64,000 nucleotides of DNA, taken from NCBI GenBank assembly GCA_013239625.1, contig MU054187.1, positions 3,297,757-3,361,756 of the forward strand, in the 5' to 3' direction. A model generated the notes under the pieces. That model was given only the letters and a program-made list of their open reading frames with translations. It did no database searches and was not told the origin of the DNA. Shown piece by piece: positions 37,196 through 50,699 of the stretch; position 1 is the stretch's first letter, and each line of letters begins with the position of its first letter. A program made the position numbers and the translations under genes. Origin of the DNA: Lama guanicoe. Its lineage: Eukaryota.

Positions 37196-38319
37196 GAGGT
37201 TTAAGTTATTTTCTAAATATGAAAAAGACTAAGTACTCCCAAACAGGGGAAGTTGTCTGATAGGAAACCAACTATACGGATGCGTAAGAAGCAAAGGTGT
37301 CAGCTCCAGGCACACCATTAAATTCTTCCTTCCAAAAGTGTTCTAAAATATTTTAGATTAGATGTTCTCCTTTTATTTTGCATTTCAGTGATTTCACAAC
37401 GTAATCCCGTGTACAGTTCAGTGATTGTTTCATTAGGAACCACTCCAGATTGAAACGAATCAGTGACAAGAAAAATGTGCAATATCAAAGGAGTTCCTGG
37501 AAATGCAAATCTAAATGTGAGCAAGAAGCTAAGCTATAGAGTAAGCAGAGTTCTCACAGCTCTTTGAGTGGCAGTCTAGCGGGATAAACACAAGACACAG
37601 GTTCTCCCTGACCGAGCCTGAACGCACTTGTAGAAATGATTTCTCCGAAATGACTCTGGGTTTCTGCCGGTCATACTAAGGCACGGCTCCTGGGCCGTCT
37701 GTATCTCGAGCATCCCCTGTGTTATCCAACCATCAGCTTCCAAAGATGATTGAGCATAAAATCTTCCCAGTTCATTCTCCAGTAAAGACTAAAATAAAAT
37801 CTAAAAATTATCGTTGTGCTGTTTTCCATATCAAAATAATAGTCGTGTCTTTCACAGGAGTGGTTCTTGGGTCTCTTTTCAGTTTTATCTTAATTTCCAA
37901 CCATTTCTAGAAAAGGCACAGAGTACTTATGTAGGGGAGTGCTTAATCATCCAAGTCAGCAAATACAAACTTTTAAAACACATTATTCTCATTTTATGTT
38001 TAACATGTTTGTACTTAATAAATAGAGAACTTTGTTCTTGGCTTGGGAACTTCACTAAGATTCTAAAACTAAGCTGTTTTCAAAATTCTTTTTTTCCCCC
38101 TTAAGATTAAAATTGTTTCGTCCAGTGCCACCAAAATGCTTCAGGCTCAGTCTGCACACTTTAATACCACGATGTGTCTTCTCAAGGCCTGAATCAGTTT
38201 CCCTAAGAATCCTTAATACCAGTCAATGGCTGACAATCTGAGGAGGAAGGGAAGGCGGGTGCGGTGGGGAGTGAAGAAGGGAGTTCTACTTATATTATTC
38301 CATTTAATTTCCATTAAAA

Positions 38320-38432
38320 CTCTATAAAGGGAAGATATTGTCCTAACCGTTTTGCAAGTGGTGAATCACAGACCCAGGGGAGTTCAGCAACTTGGCCAAG
38401 ACCAGGCAGGTAAGAAAGAGCAGAACCCAAGG
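38320..38432 (-). mobile_element. MIR SINE fragment
   Basis: ccgttttgcaagtggtgaatcacagacccaggggagttcagcaacttggccaag. Confidence 0.55.
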
Positions 38433-38439
38433 GCACGTC

Positions 38440-38946
38440 CAGGGGATGTTGTGGCTGCTTGATCTTCCTCCCAGACCACTGCAGCTTTCCCCATCTCAGC
38501 AATAAGGCTGCTTCACTTTCCTTTCTCTCCTGTGGAGCAGCACCTTCAATTGCCGTCAGGCACTCTTCCTTCACAGGCACAACCTGGCCGGCGGGGCAAG
38601 GGCCTCGCTTTCGGCCAATGGGGGCTTTGGGCGCCCCCTTCTCACTAAATCGCTTTCGATCTAAAGCGAGAGACGTGGGATTGACTCTCCCTCTCACTCG
38701 CCCTAATTTCAACATTGTTATGTCTCAGAGAATGGGGAGGCCCGAGGAGAGGGGCAGAGATGGGGGAACAGCAAGTGGCTGGAGCGTCAGAACACGCACA
38801 GCGTTTCTTGATTAAGCTTGCCGTCTTCGATGGGAGCGTTGGTGCCCCCAGAACGACGACAATAGTGACATCAGAGACCACTCATCACAGAGTACCACGA
38901 CAAACAAAATAATGATGACGAAAAAGCTTGAAATCATGTGAGAATC
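38440..38946 (-). mobile_element. Tigger1 DNA transposon fragment (5' region plus decayed N-terminal CENP-B-type transposase domain)
   Basis: ORF 38314..38715 contains TSLALDRK..FSEKGAPKAPIGRKRG..GQVVPVKEECLTAIEGAAP, which aligns by eye to Tigger1 TSLTLNQK..LSEEGMSKAEIGRKLG..SQVVNAKEKFLKEIKSATP as recalled. The flanking DNA matches the Tigger1 5' region. Confidence 0.85.
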
Positions 38947-40399
38947 ATGACTTCTGAGAATCCAGGAAAACAAACATTCATTTAGGATGCCTGGACAGGT
39001 GCAATGGGAACTAAGATGACCAATGAGAGCCCTGTGGAGGCTCCGAGTCCTGGGTAAGAGAAATACAGGTGCTCAAGGAAACTGAAAGGGGCTTTACTGT
39101 GATCTGCAGGGCAATGCGGATATTAACAAATGCTACAGAAGGCCCGGGGAGGAAGACGTTAACGATGACTGGGGATCTGGGGTGGGCTGTTGGAAGAGAA
39201 GAGTTCCAACAAGGCCTTGGGGTAAGAAACAGCTTTACAAGAAAAGTAGAATTTTGACAAATGGAAAAGAATTAGCTTTGAGGGGTTCACTAAGGTTTTA
39301 AACTGCAAAAAGAGAAACGCAGTTTATTTTTAATGGCACTGACATTAGTATGTCTCCGGATGGTTCTTGTTTACAGACCAGGACAATAACTTCCCTTTCC
39401 AAAAATTCTTGCTTAATTGACAATAACGTGCTTGCTTATAGGCTATGGTTGATTTAAAATAATGGTTTCCTTTCTTTTTTTTTTTTCCCCCTCAGAAACT
39501 TTGATTCAGGTAAGATTCTCTTCGGATGCCAAAAACCTCCCAGCTCCCTCCTCATGCCCCACCCCATCCCCAATGCTGCTCTGTCGGGAGAGGGGTCTTC
39601 CCAGCAGAGTCTGAAAACCACAGATATAAGTTGAAAGCTACCGCACAGCTGGATGCCGATGCCCAGATACAAACACTAATATTGCCTTAGGTGGAAGCAG
39701 AAACATCCCGGAGCTCACGCCTAACGTGTCTTCAAATACAGATGTGTCACATAAGGTCCCCAGGTGGCGTCACTTGGCTCAGCAAAAAGGAGCTCTTCCC
39801 TGAGCGTGCACCTTGCGCTCCGAGGACGCGGTCTCACGCTGCTGGCGGGATGCAGTTCTGAGATGAGGTCGCTGGCCGCGCCCCCCGCCACAGGTGATCG
39901 GTAGGGCTGGGCTGCGTTCTGACGCGGCGCTTCCCTTTGAGGCTGTCCTATCAGAACAAGGGCCGGGTTAGCTCTGACGGCGGAACTGTTGACGGTTCCA
40001 GTGAATATGGAAGAGAAACGCAGCCGATGGCAGCCATCATAAAGAAGTGGGGAGTAAGTGTCTCTCTCCGAGTGCACCAGCAGAACGCGGGGCAGTTCCA
40101 AGGAGGTTAAGCTCGGCTCTCGCCTACAAAGATACTCACCTTGGGAAAACAAGCCCCTGGCTGCCTCCTCAGGCCTTTGCAAGTGGACAGAAGCCTGAGG
40201 GAATGCAAACCTCCCTTTCAGCTGCCCAGAGTGGGTACCGCTGTCAAAAACAATGGAGCTGCAAGGATCGTTCATTCCTCCCCTTGCTCCGCTAAATCAC
40301 ATCACATTACTGAGCGTGTGCTGAGCACCTATGTCCCTTTAGTTCGTACTTCGATCACCTTCATTGCTACCAGCTCTTCCCCCATGTGATGCTCACAGG

Positions 40400-41050
40400 G
40401 GGCCCTTTCACTCACCTTACTCTGCGCTCAGTCCTGCCTTTCAATAAGAGGCAGCTCCCCTCTACGCTTCCTTTTCTTCAGTCTCATTTCCTTTAGCCAC
40501 TTCCGGATTTCTCCACTAAATGACTCCTTTGTGCGTCTCTGATCTTTCCCCTACCATCAAAGGCTTTTCAGTCTGTCTTCTTTAAAAAGCTCCCTCCAGA
40601 CTTCTGCCTCGTCCACTCCGGCCACCCTCGCAATGGCTGATCCCCTTTCCCTCCCCAGCCCTCCTCTCTCAAATGGAACGAAAGAGAGTTGCTCTTTCTC
40701 ACTTTTTCCTACCAATGCACCCCTGAGTCTGGGTGGTCAGACTTCTGCCACGTGACTCCCCTGAAGAATCCCTCCCAAATGTCATCGCGACACCCCTGTC
40801 CTCGAACGGATGGTCTTGTGGGCCCTGAGCTCTGCGTGAAGCCACACTGCGGGCGCGGCCGCTTCTGCCCGGATCTGGAGAAGCTGTGTTCTCCCGACTC
40901 TTACCTTTACCTCTGGGAGCCTGGTCTCCGTGTACAGCTTCTCACTCTCCTCCTAGACGCTGAATACAGGTATTTCTCAGATCTCTGTTCTTGGACATTC
41001 TTCTTAAAAGCAAACCCATCCAAACCATGACTTGACTCTTTCCATCACAG
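40400..41050 (+). mobile_element. Decayed L2 LINE segment
   Basis: CT-rich stretch with L2 ORF-like motifs (cagacttctgccacgtgactcccctgaagaatccctcccaaatgtcatc). Confidence 0.45.
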
Positions 41051-41069
41051 AGACGGCTCCTATATCAAG

Positions 41070-41360
41070 GAAGATCAAGACTGAACTGAAAGTGACTTAG
41101 GCAAAAGAGGGGATTGGCTGTGTAACTGAGCACCCTTCAGGCACAGTTTGATCCAGGGCTCTAAAAACATTTCCAGGGCCTGGTTTCCCCTCCTCCATAT
41201 ATCTGAGCCTCATTTCTTATTTTTTGCTCTATTCTAGGATGCTCTCCCTTTGCAGTTGCTAAACAGATATCAGCAGCTCCCAGTTTGTGGTCTCAGGACT
41301 AATCCAAAGAATAGTTCCTCAGCCTTCCGGATGAAACATGACTCCCTGTTTCTGATTAGA
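41070..41360 (-). mobile_element. Old MLT1 (K/L-type) LTR fragment
   Basis: aagtgacttaggcaaaagaggggattggctgtgtaactga...ttcaggcacagtttgatccagggctc. Confidence 0.55.
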
Positions 41361-42875
41361 TTATGCACAATGAAGCAGACTCACTGGAGCTTGGGGGTGA
41401 GGGGAAGGAATTAGAGGACTGGCTTCCTTGTTCAACATTCCAAGATTAAGCCAAGATCCAGAAGACAATGATTTCATCTCCCTGACTCATATCTAACTGG
41501 AAAAGAAGTACATTTTGCAGAAGACTGACCACTGTGTTCCATCAAATACAAAGCACCTTATTAACAATGTGAGAAATGTCTCTTATTTTCTGTAGAAGCC
41601 TCAACACAGGCAGATAATCGTTTGCTCTGCCGATCCTTTTTAGAAAGAAGTGTGCCGGCATTTCTCACTCATCAGCTGCGATTGTTGCTAAGTATGTGCT
41701 CACTGTATTTACGAGTTTGCAGCTGCAGGAAGACCAGCATGCACTGGGACTTTTCAGAGTGCTTCCCATGCTCAGTTATTGTGCAGGATATAAAAGCTGC
41801 ACCTGGTTTTGGAACAGTAAATATCTTAGTGAGTGTGATTTTTAGGAACAAGGGAAAAATATGTTTGAGCTTAATGGAACCTAGTACCTAGATGATACCG
41901 TTACTCAGATAAAACTGTCCTTAGTAAAAGGATCACAATTTCTCTCAGGTTAAAGACCCTACAAAGCGCTCTGCGCCGGGGGAAGTTTCCCTGCACCGCT
42001 CTGCAGTGCAGCGCCATCTGCCCATAAAGGCAAGCGTGGCCAGAGGCCGGAGGAGGCCGGAGACCGGGCGTTCGTCCTGGCCCCAGCTGATGGCACCCGC
42101 TCAGTGACTTGGACAGACGACACTCGTCTGTGTCTACAGAGCCTCATACACAAATCAGAACTTGACTCTATGAGCCTTAAGGTTGTGTGACAGCGTCTGT
42201 TAGAAGGTCCCTCGGTTTCATTCAAAGGCCTGGAAGCCGACCATTGAAAGCAGTGACAGGGAGAGATGACAGCTAACTATTTCTAAACTTCAGTCGTTAA
42301 CCCTGAGCCGCAGCATGTTCATTCCTGCTCTGCTTCGTCTGAGGAAGGTTGCTACCGACGAGGCTGTGAAGCATCTGTCCTCCTGGCCCCAGGCTCTCCC
42401 ATGACGTAAGTGACATAGGTCTACATTTTATGTTGTCACCTCACAGTGCGTCGTTAGAGTTGGGACGGGAAGGGATTAAACCTTGAATACACGTATAAAT
42501 GCGTTTGCTGACTGAGTCACTGAGAGATGGGAAATTTAAGCCTGAAAAAGACTCTGCTTTTACTTTAATATTATTTAAAAAAAAAAAAACTCCTGGCTGT
42601 TGCTGCGTGGATGTGTGCGCCTGTCTTCCTCTCGTTTCCATCTCAAGGGTCAAGCAGAGGTTTCATTTTGGACCTTCCTTTCTCTGAGGAAAAGGCCTGG
42701 ACCCTCTTCAGCAGTTGCATGGATGTTGTCTCATAGGGGTTCATCCTGCTGATAGTGACCATGAAAATTTTATAATAGCAGGATCTGCATGGCTCATTTT
42801 TCCTGTGGGAGATCTGTGAGGACAGCTACTTCTGTCCTAAATGTGTGAAAGTTACGATTAAGAATGGAGTTGAGA

Positions 42876-43034
42876 GGGGAGGGTTATAGGTCAGTGGTAC
42901 AGGGCATGCTCAGCACACAGGAGGTCCTGGGTTCAATCCCCAGTCCCTCCACTAAAAAAGAAATAAATAAACCTAATTACTTCCTCCAAAAAATGCATAA
43001 ATAAAATAAACTGTATAAAAATAAAATTAAAAAA
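42876..43034 (+). mobile_element. tRNA-derived SINE (camelid vic-1-like)
   Basis: ggggagggttataggtcagtggtacagggcatgctcagcacacaggaggtcctgggttcaatccccagtccctcca, then aataaataaacctaattac and an A-rich tail. Confidence 0.9.
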
Positions 43035-43659
43035 GAACAGGAACGAGTCGACAGGCTTACTGCTGCATTAGAGGACAGGGTGACTAGGAATGACAATGAA
43101 TCTGCAGCTTCCAACGGAAAGTCACCCCTTCCTAGGCGCTCGGCTCTTCAGTTGCGCTAGTGACTTTCCTTGGGACGTTTTCTGCAGGTGAGGGGACCGT
43201 CACAGGGCCGTTTCCATTCCTTAGACTACATGGAACGTCTGTCGAACAAAGGTGTCCTCAAGTGTTCTTAGCAGAAACTCTGGGCTTCAAATTGCTCATT
43301 CACACACCCTTGATCTCAGCTTTAATTAGCGATGGAGGAGCCCAGATGAGGTGTTCAAAAGGGAAATTCTCACCTGCTCTGCCTGTGTCCTGTCCATCTC
43401 CATTCCTCTCCACGCCCGTCTGGGTGACACGCTGTGTCTACACACTCCTCAGGTGGCGCAGGCCCCTGGCCATCCTACATCCAGTAAAGAGGAACCAAGT
43501 AGACGGGAAAAAGTCCTGGCAAATGAACGAAAATTGTCCTTTGTAGAAAAAGATCTTTATTTAGCACAAAAAATTCAAGGGAAGAGTCTTAACACTGTAG
43601 CAGTGTCATTATGAAACATTTCTCAGCAGGACTCTGGGCACCGAGCAATATCCTCAGAA

Positions 43660-43795
43660 GGCTTTCTGAGGCCGGATTTTCTGTGTTCAAATCCTGTCTT
43701 CTTCACTGAGCAACCTTGGGCGAGTTACTTAACATCTCTGTGTCATCCTTTCGTCATCAGTTACTGGGGATATTAATAATCCGGAGCTCACAGGG
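43660..43795 (+). mobile_element. MIR SINE, interrupted by MLT1B and apparently resuming at ~44182-44240
   Basis: gtgttcaaatcctgtct...ccttgggcgagttacttaacatctctgtgtc...ctcacaggg. Confidence 0.75.
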
Positions 43796-44181
43796 TGTCT
43801 TGGGCTAAACTGTCCCCTCAAAACGTCGTGTGTTGCAGCCCTAACCCCCAGCCTCAGGATGTCACTATACTTGGAACAGGGCCTTCGGGGTGATTAGGGT
43901 GAGTCAGCCTTGAAGGCGGGGCCCTGGTCTAATCTGACTGGTGTCCTTACAGGAAGTGAGATTTGGACGCCTGAGACGCCAGGGATGCGCACACAGGCCG
44001 TGCGAGGACCCGGGGGAAGGCGGCCACCTGCAAGCCAAGGAGAGCGGTCTCAGGGCGCGTCAACCCGCTGACGCTTTGCCCTTGCCCCTCCAGCCCCTAG
44101 GACTGTGAGGAAATAAGCCCCTGTGGCTGAAGGCACCCGCTCTGCGTTTTGCTGTGGCAGCCCAGCTCTGACCAACATACA
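43796..44181 (+). mobile_element. MLT1B-like MaLR solo LTR
   Basis: tgtcttgggctaaactgtcccctcaaaa...gactggtgtccttac...ctgcaagccaaggagag...ggactgtgaggaaataa...caacataca. Confidence 0.85.
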
Positions 44182-45839
44182 AGGTCATCACGCGGGTTTA
44201 GAAGGGCCCGTGAGTTTCGCCAGCATTATTTAGCTCATAGGGTTCATTCCTTTTGCTTCCCGTTGCTATGTTCTAAGTCGGCCGGAAGCCTGGGGCGACA
44301 CTCGGCTGACGAGGTCCTCTGCTCGCCCAGTCCTCGCGCACCGCTCTGAATTTCCATTCCCACATCCGTGAAGCAGGGATACTGAACTCACGGTCTCCAA
44401 GAAAATCACGCTTCTCCAAAATCAGCGATTCAAAAGTGGATTCAGGCTGCAATGAAAGAAGCGATTCTAAGCAGTGTGGTTTGGCTCCAGCAACAGGCGG
44501 GGATGCCCAGGCTGGGAAGAGGAGCAGGCAGACCCATCGCCCATGGCTCCACAGCGCAGGGACAGGCCTCCAGAGCCATCTGGAGGCTCCCGCCCACCCT
44601 GGGTCTGAGGGACGCAAAGACAAGGAGCTGCGTGGCGCTCCACTGAGCAGAAGGAAGGACATAAAGTATAAAACCGAGGGCTGGGCAGAGTGAATGGCAT
44701 GTCGTTAGAAAAACCCTGAATGTTATCAAATATTGAAAAGGAACCCTAGCCAAAAATAAAAAGATGTGGAAATTAATTTAGGAGCCATAGCTAGCAGTTT
44801 AGAAAAAGAAAGACATGAAGTAAGAGCCCAGGGGATGTGGAGAACAGATGGCAAAAATAGAGCGCTTCATAAATAGCCACTTGCAGATCACAGACTGTTA
44901 ATACCCTGTATCCTTGACTCCAGCCATGTATCTTGACTTCTTCCTGGTATAAGATGTATTATTGGAAAATGGGGCATTAAAAAAACGGCGCCCATGAGAG
45001 AAAGCTGGATGCATTTGGTCTACATTTTAGCACATTTTAAACTGCCTTTCACGTAAATAGAAAATAATTAACACCAATGTGTATCACCCAAGTCATCAGC
45101 ATGACGTGACGTGACACGCAGAGATCAAGCTTCTTTCTTCAGCTCTGACCCTGCAAGATACACATGGGCGCCGAACGGCACCCTCAGATATTCTTGGTCA
45201 GTTTTAATTTAGAAAGTGTCTGTCTCCCCCGAGCTGTCTGAAGGTATCATTCAAATTTTTCCTATAAAGTGAGTACGCATTTGGGAGCTCTTTCTCCCCA
45301 AGCAAACATTTGCAAACTTCAGCTCCATCACTGCAGACAAAAATATCAAGTTATCGCTAGACCTGGCAGTCACCGGCTGGGGAACCGATTACTCCAGAGA
45401 CGGTTTGCTCTCCTCCCCCACCCGCTGCCCAAAGCAGCATTGCCTCTAAACAGAAGTGAGGCCAAGCTCGGCTCTCTCCAGGTGGCTAAGGGTGTTTTAT
45501 CAGTAGGGAAAATGAAAGGCAGAGATAAAGACACGCACAATTCATACAGAATGTGTGCCTTACTCCTACTCATTTGGGCAAAGGGAAAACCATTCTAGAG
45601 CCCCACTTTTATGCTTCAGCTCCTGCTAGCTTACTAAGGAGGCTTCAAACGAGGAAGAAATCTAACAGCATTTTCAGACCTGGTACATTTTCTTTGAATA
45701 TGTACCTTTTGTGGAGAATTTAAAGGGGAGGGACTGGGAAGAACTGAAGTCTCCCACATTTTTATTTCAAAAACAAAAACCCTCTGCTGATGGTTCTAGA
45801 AGGGATGATGCATCATGGAGTAGAAAGAAGAGTCAGCGG

Positions 45840-45955
45840 AGTGACGGGACACGGGGTTTCTCATCTGATTTTGCCACCAACCGTATGATCTTAGCCAAGT
45901 CACTTAAATTCTGAAACATTGTTTCTTCATCACTCAAGAGAAAAATTAATCCCCA
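45840..45955 (+). mobile_element. MIR SINE fragment
   Basis: tgatcttagccaagtcacttaaattctgaaacattgtttcttcatc. Confidence 0.6.
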
Positions 45956-45974
45956 ACTGTAAATATATATGCAA

Positions 45975-46641
45975 CAGCCATTATGAAAGATAGTATGGAA
46001 ATTCCTCAAAAAACTAAAAAATAGACTTACCATACGATCCAGCAATGCCACCCCTGGGCATGTATCCAGAGGGAATTTTAGTTCTAAAAGATACAACCAC
46101 CCCAATGTTCATTAGCCAAGACATGGAAGCAGCCTAAATGTCACTGAGAGATGACTGGACAAAGAAGCCGTGGTATATTTATATAATGGAATACTACTCA
46201 GCCATAAGAAAGAATAAAATACTGCCATTTGCAGCAACATGGATGGACCTAGAGATCATCATTCTAAGTAACATAAGCCAGAAAGAGAAAGAAAAATACT
46301 GTATGATGTCACTCATATGTGGAATCTAAAAAAGACAAATGAACTTATTTACAAAACAGAAAAAGACTCACAGTCATAGAAAACAAACTTAGGGCTACCA
46401 GGGGTGGGATGGGGGGAATAAATTGGGAGTTTGAGATTTGCAGATACAAACTACTATGTATAAAATAGACAAACAACAAGTTTATACTGTAGAGCACAGG
46501 GAACTATATTCAATGTCTTATAGTAACCGATAATGAAAAAGAATATGAAAAGGATACATGTATGTATATGTATGACTGAAACATTATGCTGTGCACCAGA
46601 AATTGACTCAACATTGTAAACTGACTACACTTCAATTTTAA
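45975..46641 (+). mobile_element. 5'-truncated LINE-1 (camelid-type 3' end) with TSD
   Basis: ORF 46138..46329 is the ORF2p C-terminus (DDWTKKPWYIYIMEYYSAIRKN); the 3' UTR is similar to the copy at 3485-4488. TSD aaatatatatgcaa (45961-45974) vs aaatatgtatacaa (46642-46655), 12/14 identical. Confidence 0.93.
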
Positions 46642-49173
46642 AAATATGTATACAAGAGGATTAGAGGAAATTTTGGGAGATTGTTTTATTATCCCAAAGT
46701 GGGAAAGGCCTTTGTTACAAAGACTCAAAATCCAAAAGCCACTTAAAAAGGGAAGAAGTAATTTGACTACATTAAATTCTTTCCAAATGTCTACATTGAA
46801 AAATAAAACATAAAGTCAGAAAAGTAATATTTCTAAGTCTTCTACCACCTATAAGACAAAACCTTGTCTGTGGTAGAGCAGAAGTTTACAGACTTGGGCT
46901 CAAGATAGATTCAGGGCTCCGCTGCTTTGGGGAAGAGAGTGGTACCTTCTTCAGAGGTTGTTGTCAGTGACATGGAATGTTCACGACCGTGTGGAGTAAC
47001 CAGGAGTCCAGGACCACAGCTGTCTTTGCTCCACCTGCCAACATCAATACAGCACGAGGAGCAGTGCTTTAAGAGCGCAGGAAAAGGAGGAGTCACGTCC
47101 AGCCAGGAGATCAACAAGGGCTCGTAGCAAAGAGTGCGGGGTTGACAAAGAGAGGAGGACACCAGGGTGCCACCAGGAGCCAGCCCACAACAGTGTGTCG
47201 CATCTCCAAACAGGTGCTGCCGGGACACAGTGTGAGCCCCCGCGTGTGAGCTGTCAAGACGGTCCCCCAGGTCCGGCCGTTTGGCGTGCCACTGGCATGT
47301 CTCCTTTTGTAAATGGGCATTCTTTGTCCTGGGCAGTTTATATTTGGTTTTTAAATTGTGCAAATTTATAGGCTCATCACAGTCAGATCAGTGCCAGCCA
47401 GATGCCAGCTATGCAATTAGTCCGTTTTCTCTAATCCCAGGATATTAGAGCTGGAGTAATAAGGACTAATCACTACCGTGGACTCACCATCTATTCTCCA
47501 ACAGGCGCTGCAGCCGGCATTTCATACCCATATTCCATCCAATGTTTACGAAGCACCCGATGGCCCGCTGGTGTCGCAGGTGCTGGGGATAATTGTCCCC
47601 GACAACATCCCTGACCCCGGAGCGCTCAGCGTGGCCCCCGGATCAGTAAACAAGCAACTGAAACACAGTGTGACGAGTGCTGAGAAGGCACTTGCTTTGT
47701 CATCCCTGCGCACTGTTTAGCTCTATTTCCACAGCTCCTGGAGAACACTGACATTTTGATCTGAAGTGGATCTTAATTCTCTGTCCCTTTTCTAACACAA
47801 ATGCAAAGTAACCATTTCATTGCCCTAGGATTGCTCTCTAGTCTGAAAGAATCTCTTGCAAACCCCCTTGGCAAAGACATGCTGCTTTTTACCGATATTA
47901 TGTCCAGTGATTTGCAAACTCCTGGCAGAGACAGTGTTTGCAATATTCGTATTCTGCTTCTCTGGGGTCTGACTTATTCTGTCCACTGCTCCGGGTGAGT
48001 CTCCTTACGGTCTCGGGCCTCCTTCCACGCTGGTCTTTTGCGCTTTGTGAGCTTCCCGTGTGTGTCCTCCGCTGTGGCCCCCTTCCCTCCCCCACCAGGC
48101 GGGCTGCCACGGCTCCCTGACAGCTGTCACAGACACAGCGTTTTCCTTCTGTGGTCACGGCCTCTCACACTCCTTGCTGGGTTCGGGCCGACGTGATTTC
48201 GCTTTGTCACCCTGCAGTGATGAATGGACCAGGCTGAGGCGGTATTTCCCTAACAAGACAACTTCTTTCTTTTTCCTGGATTAGTTTGGAAACCCATGAG
48301 CAAGACCCATGGGGCAGTAAGAGGGCAGTTGCATTCAATGATCCCACCATTAGGGCGATATTTTCCCCCTTCGTCATAGTTATTCCCATCTCCAAAGAGC
48401 TAAAAATGGGCTATTTACCTGTTACTGTAACACAACCATTTTCCTGGTTACCCATATTCTTTTTCATTTAATTACTTGGTTTTGGCTTCTCAGAAGCCCT
48501 CTTGAAATAAACAGGTAGTGAGGTCCAAGCTTGTACCACCTTGTAGCTTCGACTGCCTGATGCCGCGGACCCGTGGCTTCCACTCTTCATCTGTCACCTG
48601 GGCATCCCACCAGGACTGGCTGCTACGCGCAGGCCCGGAGCCGGGTTGTATAGAGTTCTGCTGGAGGCCAGCAGCCTCTCTGGGAGAGCGTCCTGAGGGG
48701 TTTGCCAAGAACGATCGCTAGTTTTCTGAGATGCGGAAAAAAACCAAGAGGACTAGCAAGTCTTGCTCGGGGCGAAGGCATATCAGTTGTTCAGCTCGTA
48801 CTGCGATTGGGAGGCTGTGAGCTCACCAAGCGAGGGGAGCTGGACCTAAAGCATGAGGCTCAGGACAGAGACAGGGCTGTGTCAGATGTGGATGTAGACA
48901 TGCCAGCCAATTACTTTACAGAGGGTAACTGAAACAAGAGAGACGTTCAAAGCAGAGGAGGCCCAGGGCAGCGCTCTGAGGACTAGCGATACTTCGTTAA
49001 GGAATGAATATTGCAACAGAAATCAAAAAGGAGCAGCAGGAAAATAAACATAAAATCAGAACACGTTATCACAGAAAAAAACTGAAGCAAGTAAATCCAG
49101 AAAGAGAACATTGCTCAGAATGAAAAATGCAGCAGAGAAGCAAATCAAGACAGGACTGAAAGTGTCCAGTGGA

Positions 49174-49530
49174 TTTTTATTGAGATATAATTCATGTACC
49201 TTAAAATTCACCCTTTGAAAGTTTACAGCTGAGTGAGTTCTACTGTATTCAGAAGGCTGTGCAACCATCACCACAGCCTAATTCCAGAGTATTTTCATCA
49301 CCATTGCTGTTCGCACTGAATTTCCACCTCTCCCTTCACCCCCCGCCTCATACCTGGCAACCACTTTCTGTCTTTTGTTTATTCTAAATGTTTTGTAGAA
49401 ATGGAATCATCCAATATGTGGCCTTGCTGTGTCTGGCTTCCTTTGTTTAGTGTATTTTCAGGATTCATCCATAAAGCTGTGAATATCAATACTTCCTTCC
49501 TGTTTGTGGCTGAATAATATTCCATCATGC
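49174..49530 (-). mobile_element. L1MB-type 3' end
   Basis: ttttattgagatataattcatgtacc...tgtgcaaccatcaccac...aatggaatcatccaatatgtggcc...ggctgaataatattcca. Confidence 0.85.
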
Positions 49531-50138
49531 ACCAACTGATTTCTACAGTGAGGTCTCAAAAAGATGTGAAAACTCTCCTGGGGGTTAGAAAAGAGAAAGT
49601 AAGGAAGTCTCTCCTTCTTTCCTGGACTCTGTCCCAGCCACCTGCCAGGGGACCCCGCCCCTCCACTGCCTGTCAAAGTGACGCCAACAAAGCGGTGTTT
49701 ACATCACCGGCCACATCAGAGAGTGAGCAGAGACGGGAGGCTACAAGGGAATTCAGAGACTTCGGAGGGCAGGTATGTGCCCTTATATCAACCATCTTTT
49801 TTATATACTGTTTAGACTTTGTCCTACCTGCAATGTTTTACAATTTCCACATAGAGGTCTCGCATACATAATGTACATTTATTTTGAAAATGTTCAATTT
49901 TATTATAAAAAATAGAAACGTTTGCAGCTTGTAAAACATTAGCAAAAAAAACTTCTAAGTGTTTTAAGCATAGATAATTTATAAGCAAAATCTGTGTAAG
50001 AATAAATAATTCAGGAAATGTTAAAATTTATAAACATGTCAAGTGAAGATGAGTTACAAAGTAGAGCATGTGTGTGCTAAACACACGTAAAAGGGACAGA
50101 GGGGGCAAAAACCTCCTGGTATGCATGCAGCACCTGGA

Positions 50139-50290
50139 CACTAAATATTCATGATGCACTAAATACCTCGGAGGTACTAATATTCAGGATATATGAAACA
50201 TTTATGAGGCATATACGGTACTAAATATATAAAAAGCTCAAAATGTTCAGGTTACACTAAATATTCATGGGCCCTCAATATTCGAGAGGC
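50139..50290. repeat. Degenerate ~18-bp tandem repeat, ~8 units (CACTAAATATTCATGRKG-like)
   Basis: Units at 50139, 50157, 50175, 50192, 50219, 50237, 50255 and 50273; the first 15 nt of the units at 50139 and 50255 are identical (cactaaatattcatg). Confidence 0.7.
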
Positions 50291-50699
50291 CTCAGTTCAC
50301 CCCCATTGGTGACATTCATTCTGGCCTCAAGAGAAACGATCCAGCACTGTTCAACAACATGACATCAAGGGGCGCCGATGGCAAGTTCTACTGTGTCTGC
50401 GTCACTCCAGGAGAGCAAGGGGGTGTCACTGGCCCAGGACATCTTCTGTCTGTGCCCCGCCTGCTCAAACCTCAGTTCTTGTCCTTACAACCACATCATC
50501 AGTGGGGAAGGCGGATGAGCCAGAAGGTGAGAGATGACAAGTGAACACAGCGTAGCCCAAGATTCAGACATTCAGACACGTAGCCCTCCCATCTGCCTGC
50601 CCTCTCTCCAAAGTGTGCTGAATACCCCATGTCTTTTTTCTTGCTTTTTTTGCTTTTTTGCAATTTTATGAATTGATTAAATAAGCCATGTGATTTGCA

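Noticed and set aside
38314..38715. Domesticated TIGD/CENP-B-like gene
   Set aside because: Only a short, deleted and frameshifted N-terminal Tigger1 remnant; no DDE domain.
50139..50290. CRISPR-like reading of the periodic array
   Set aside because: Mammalian DNA, head-to-tail units with no unique spacers, and no cas genes.
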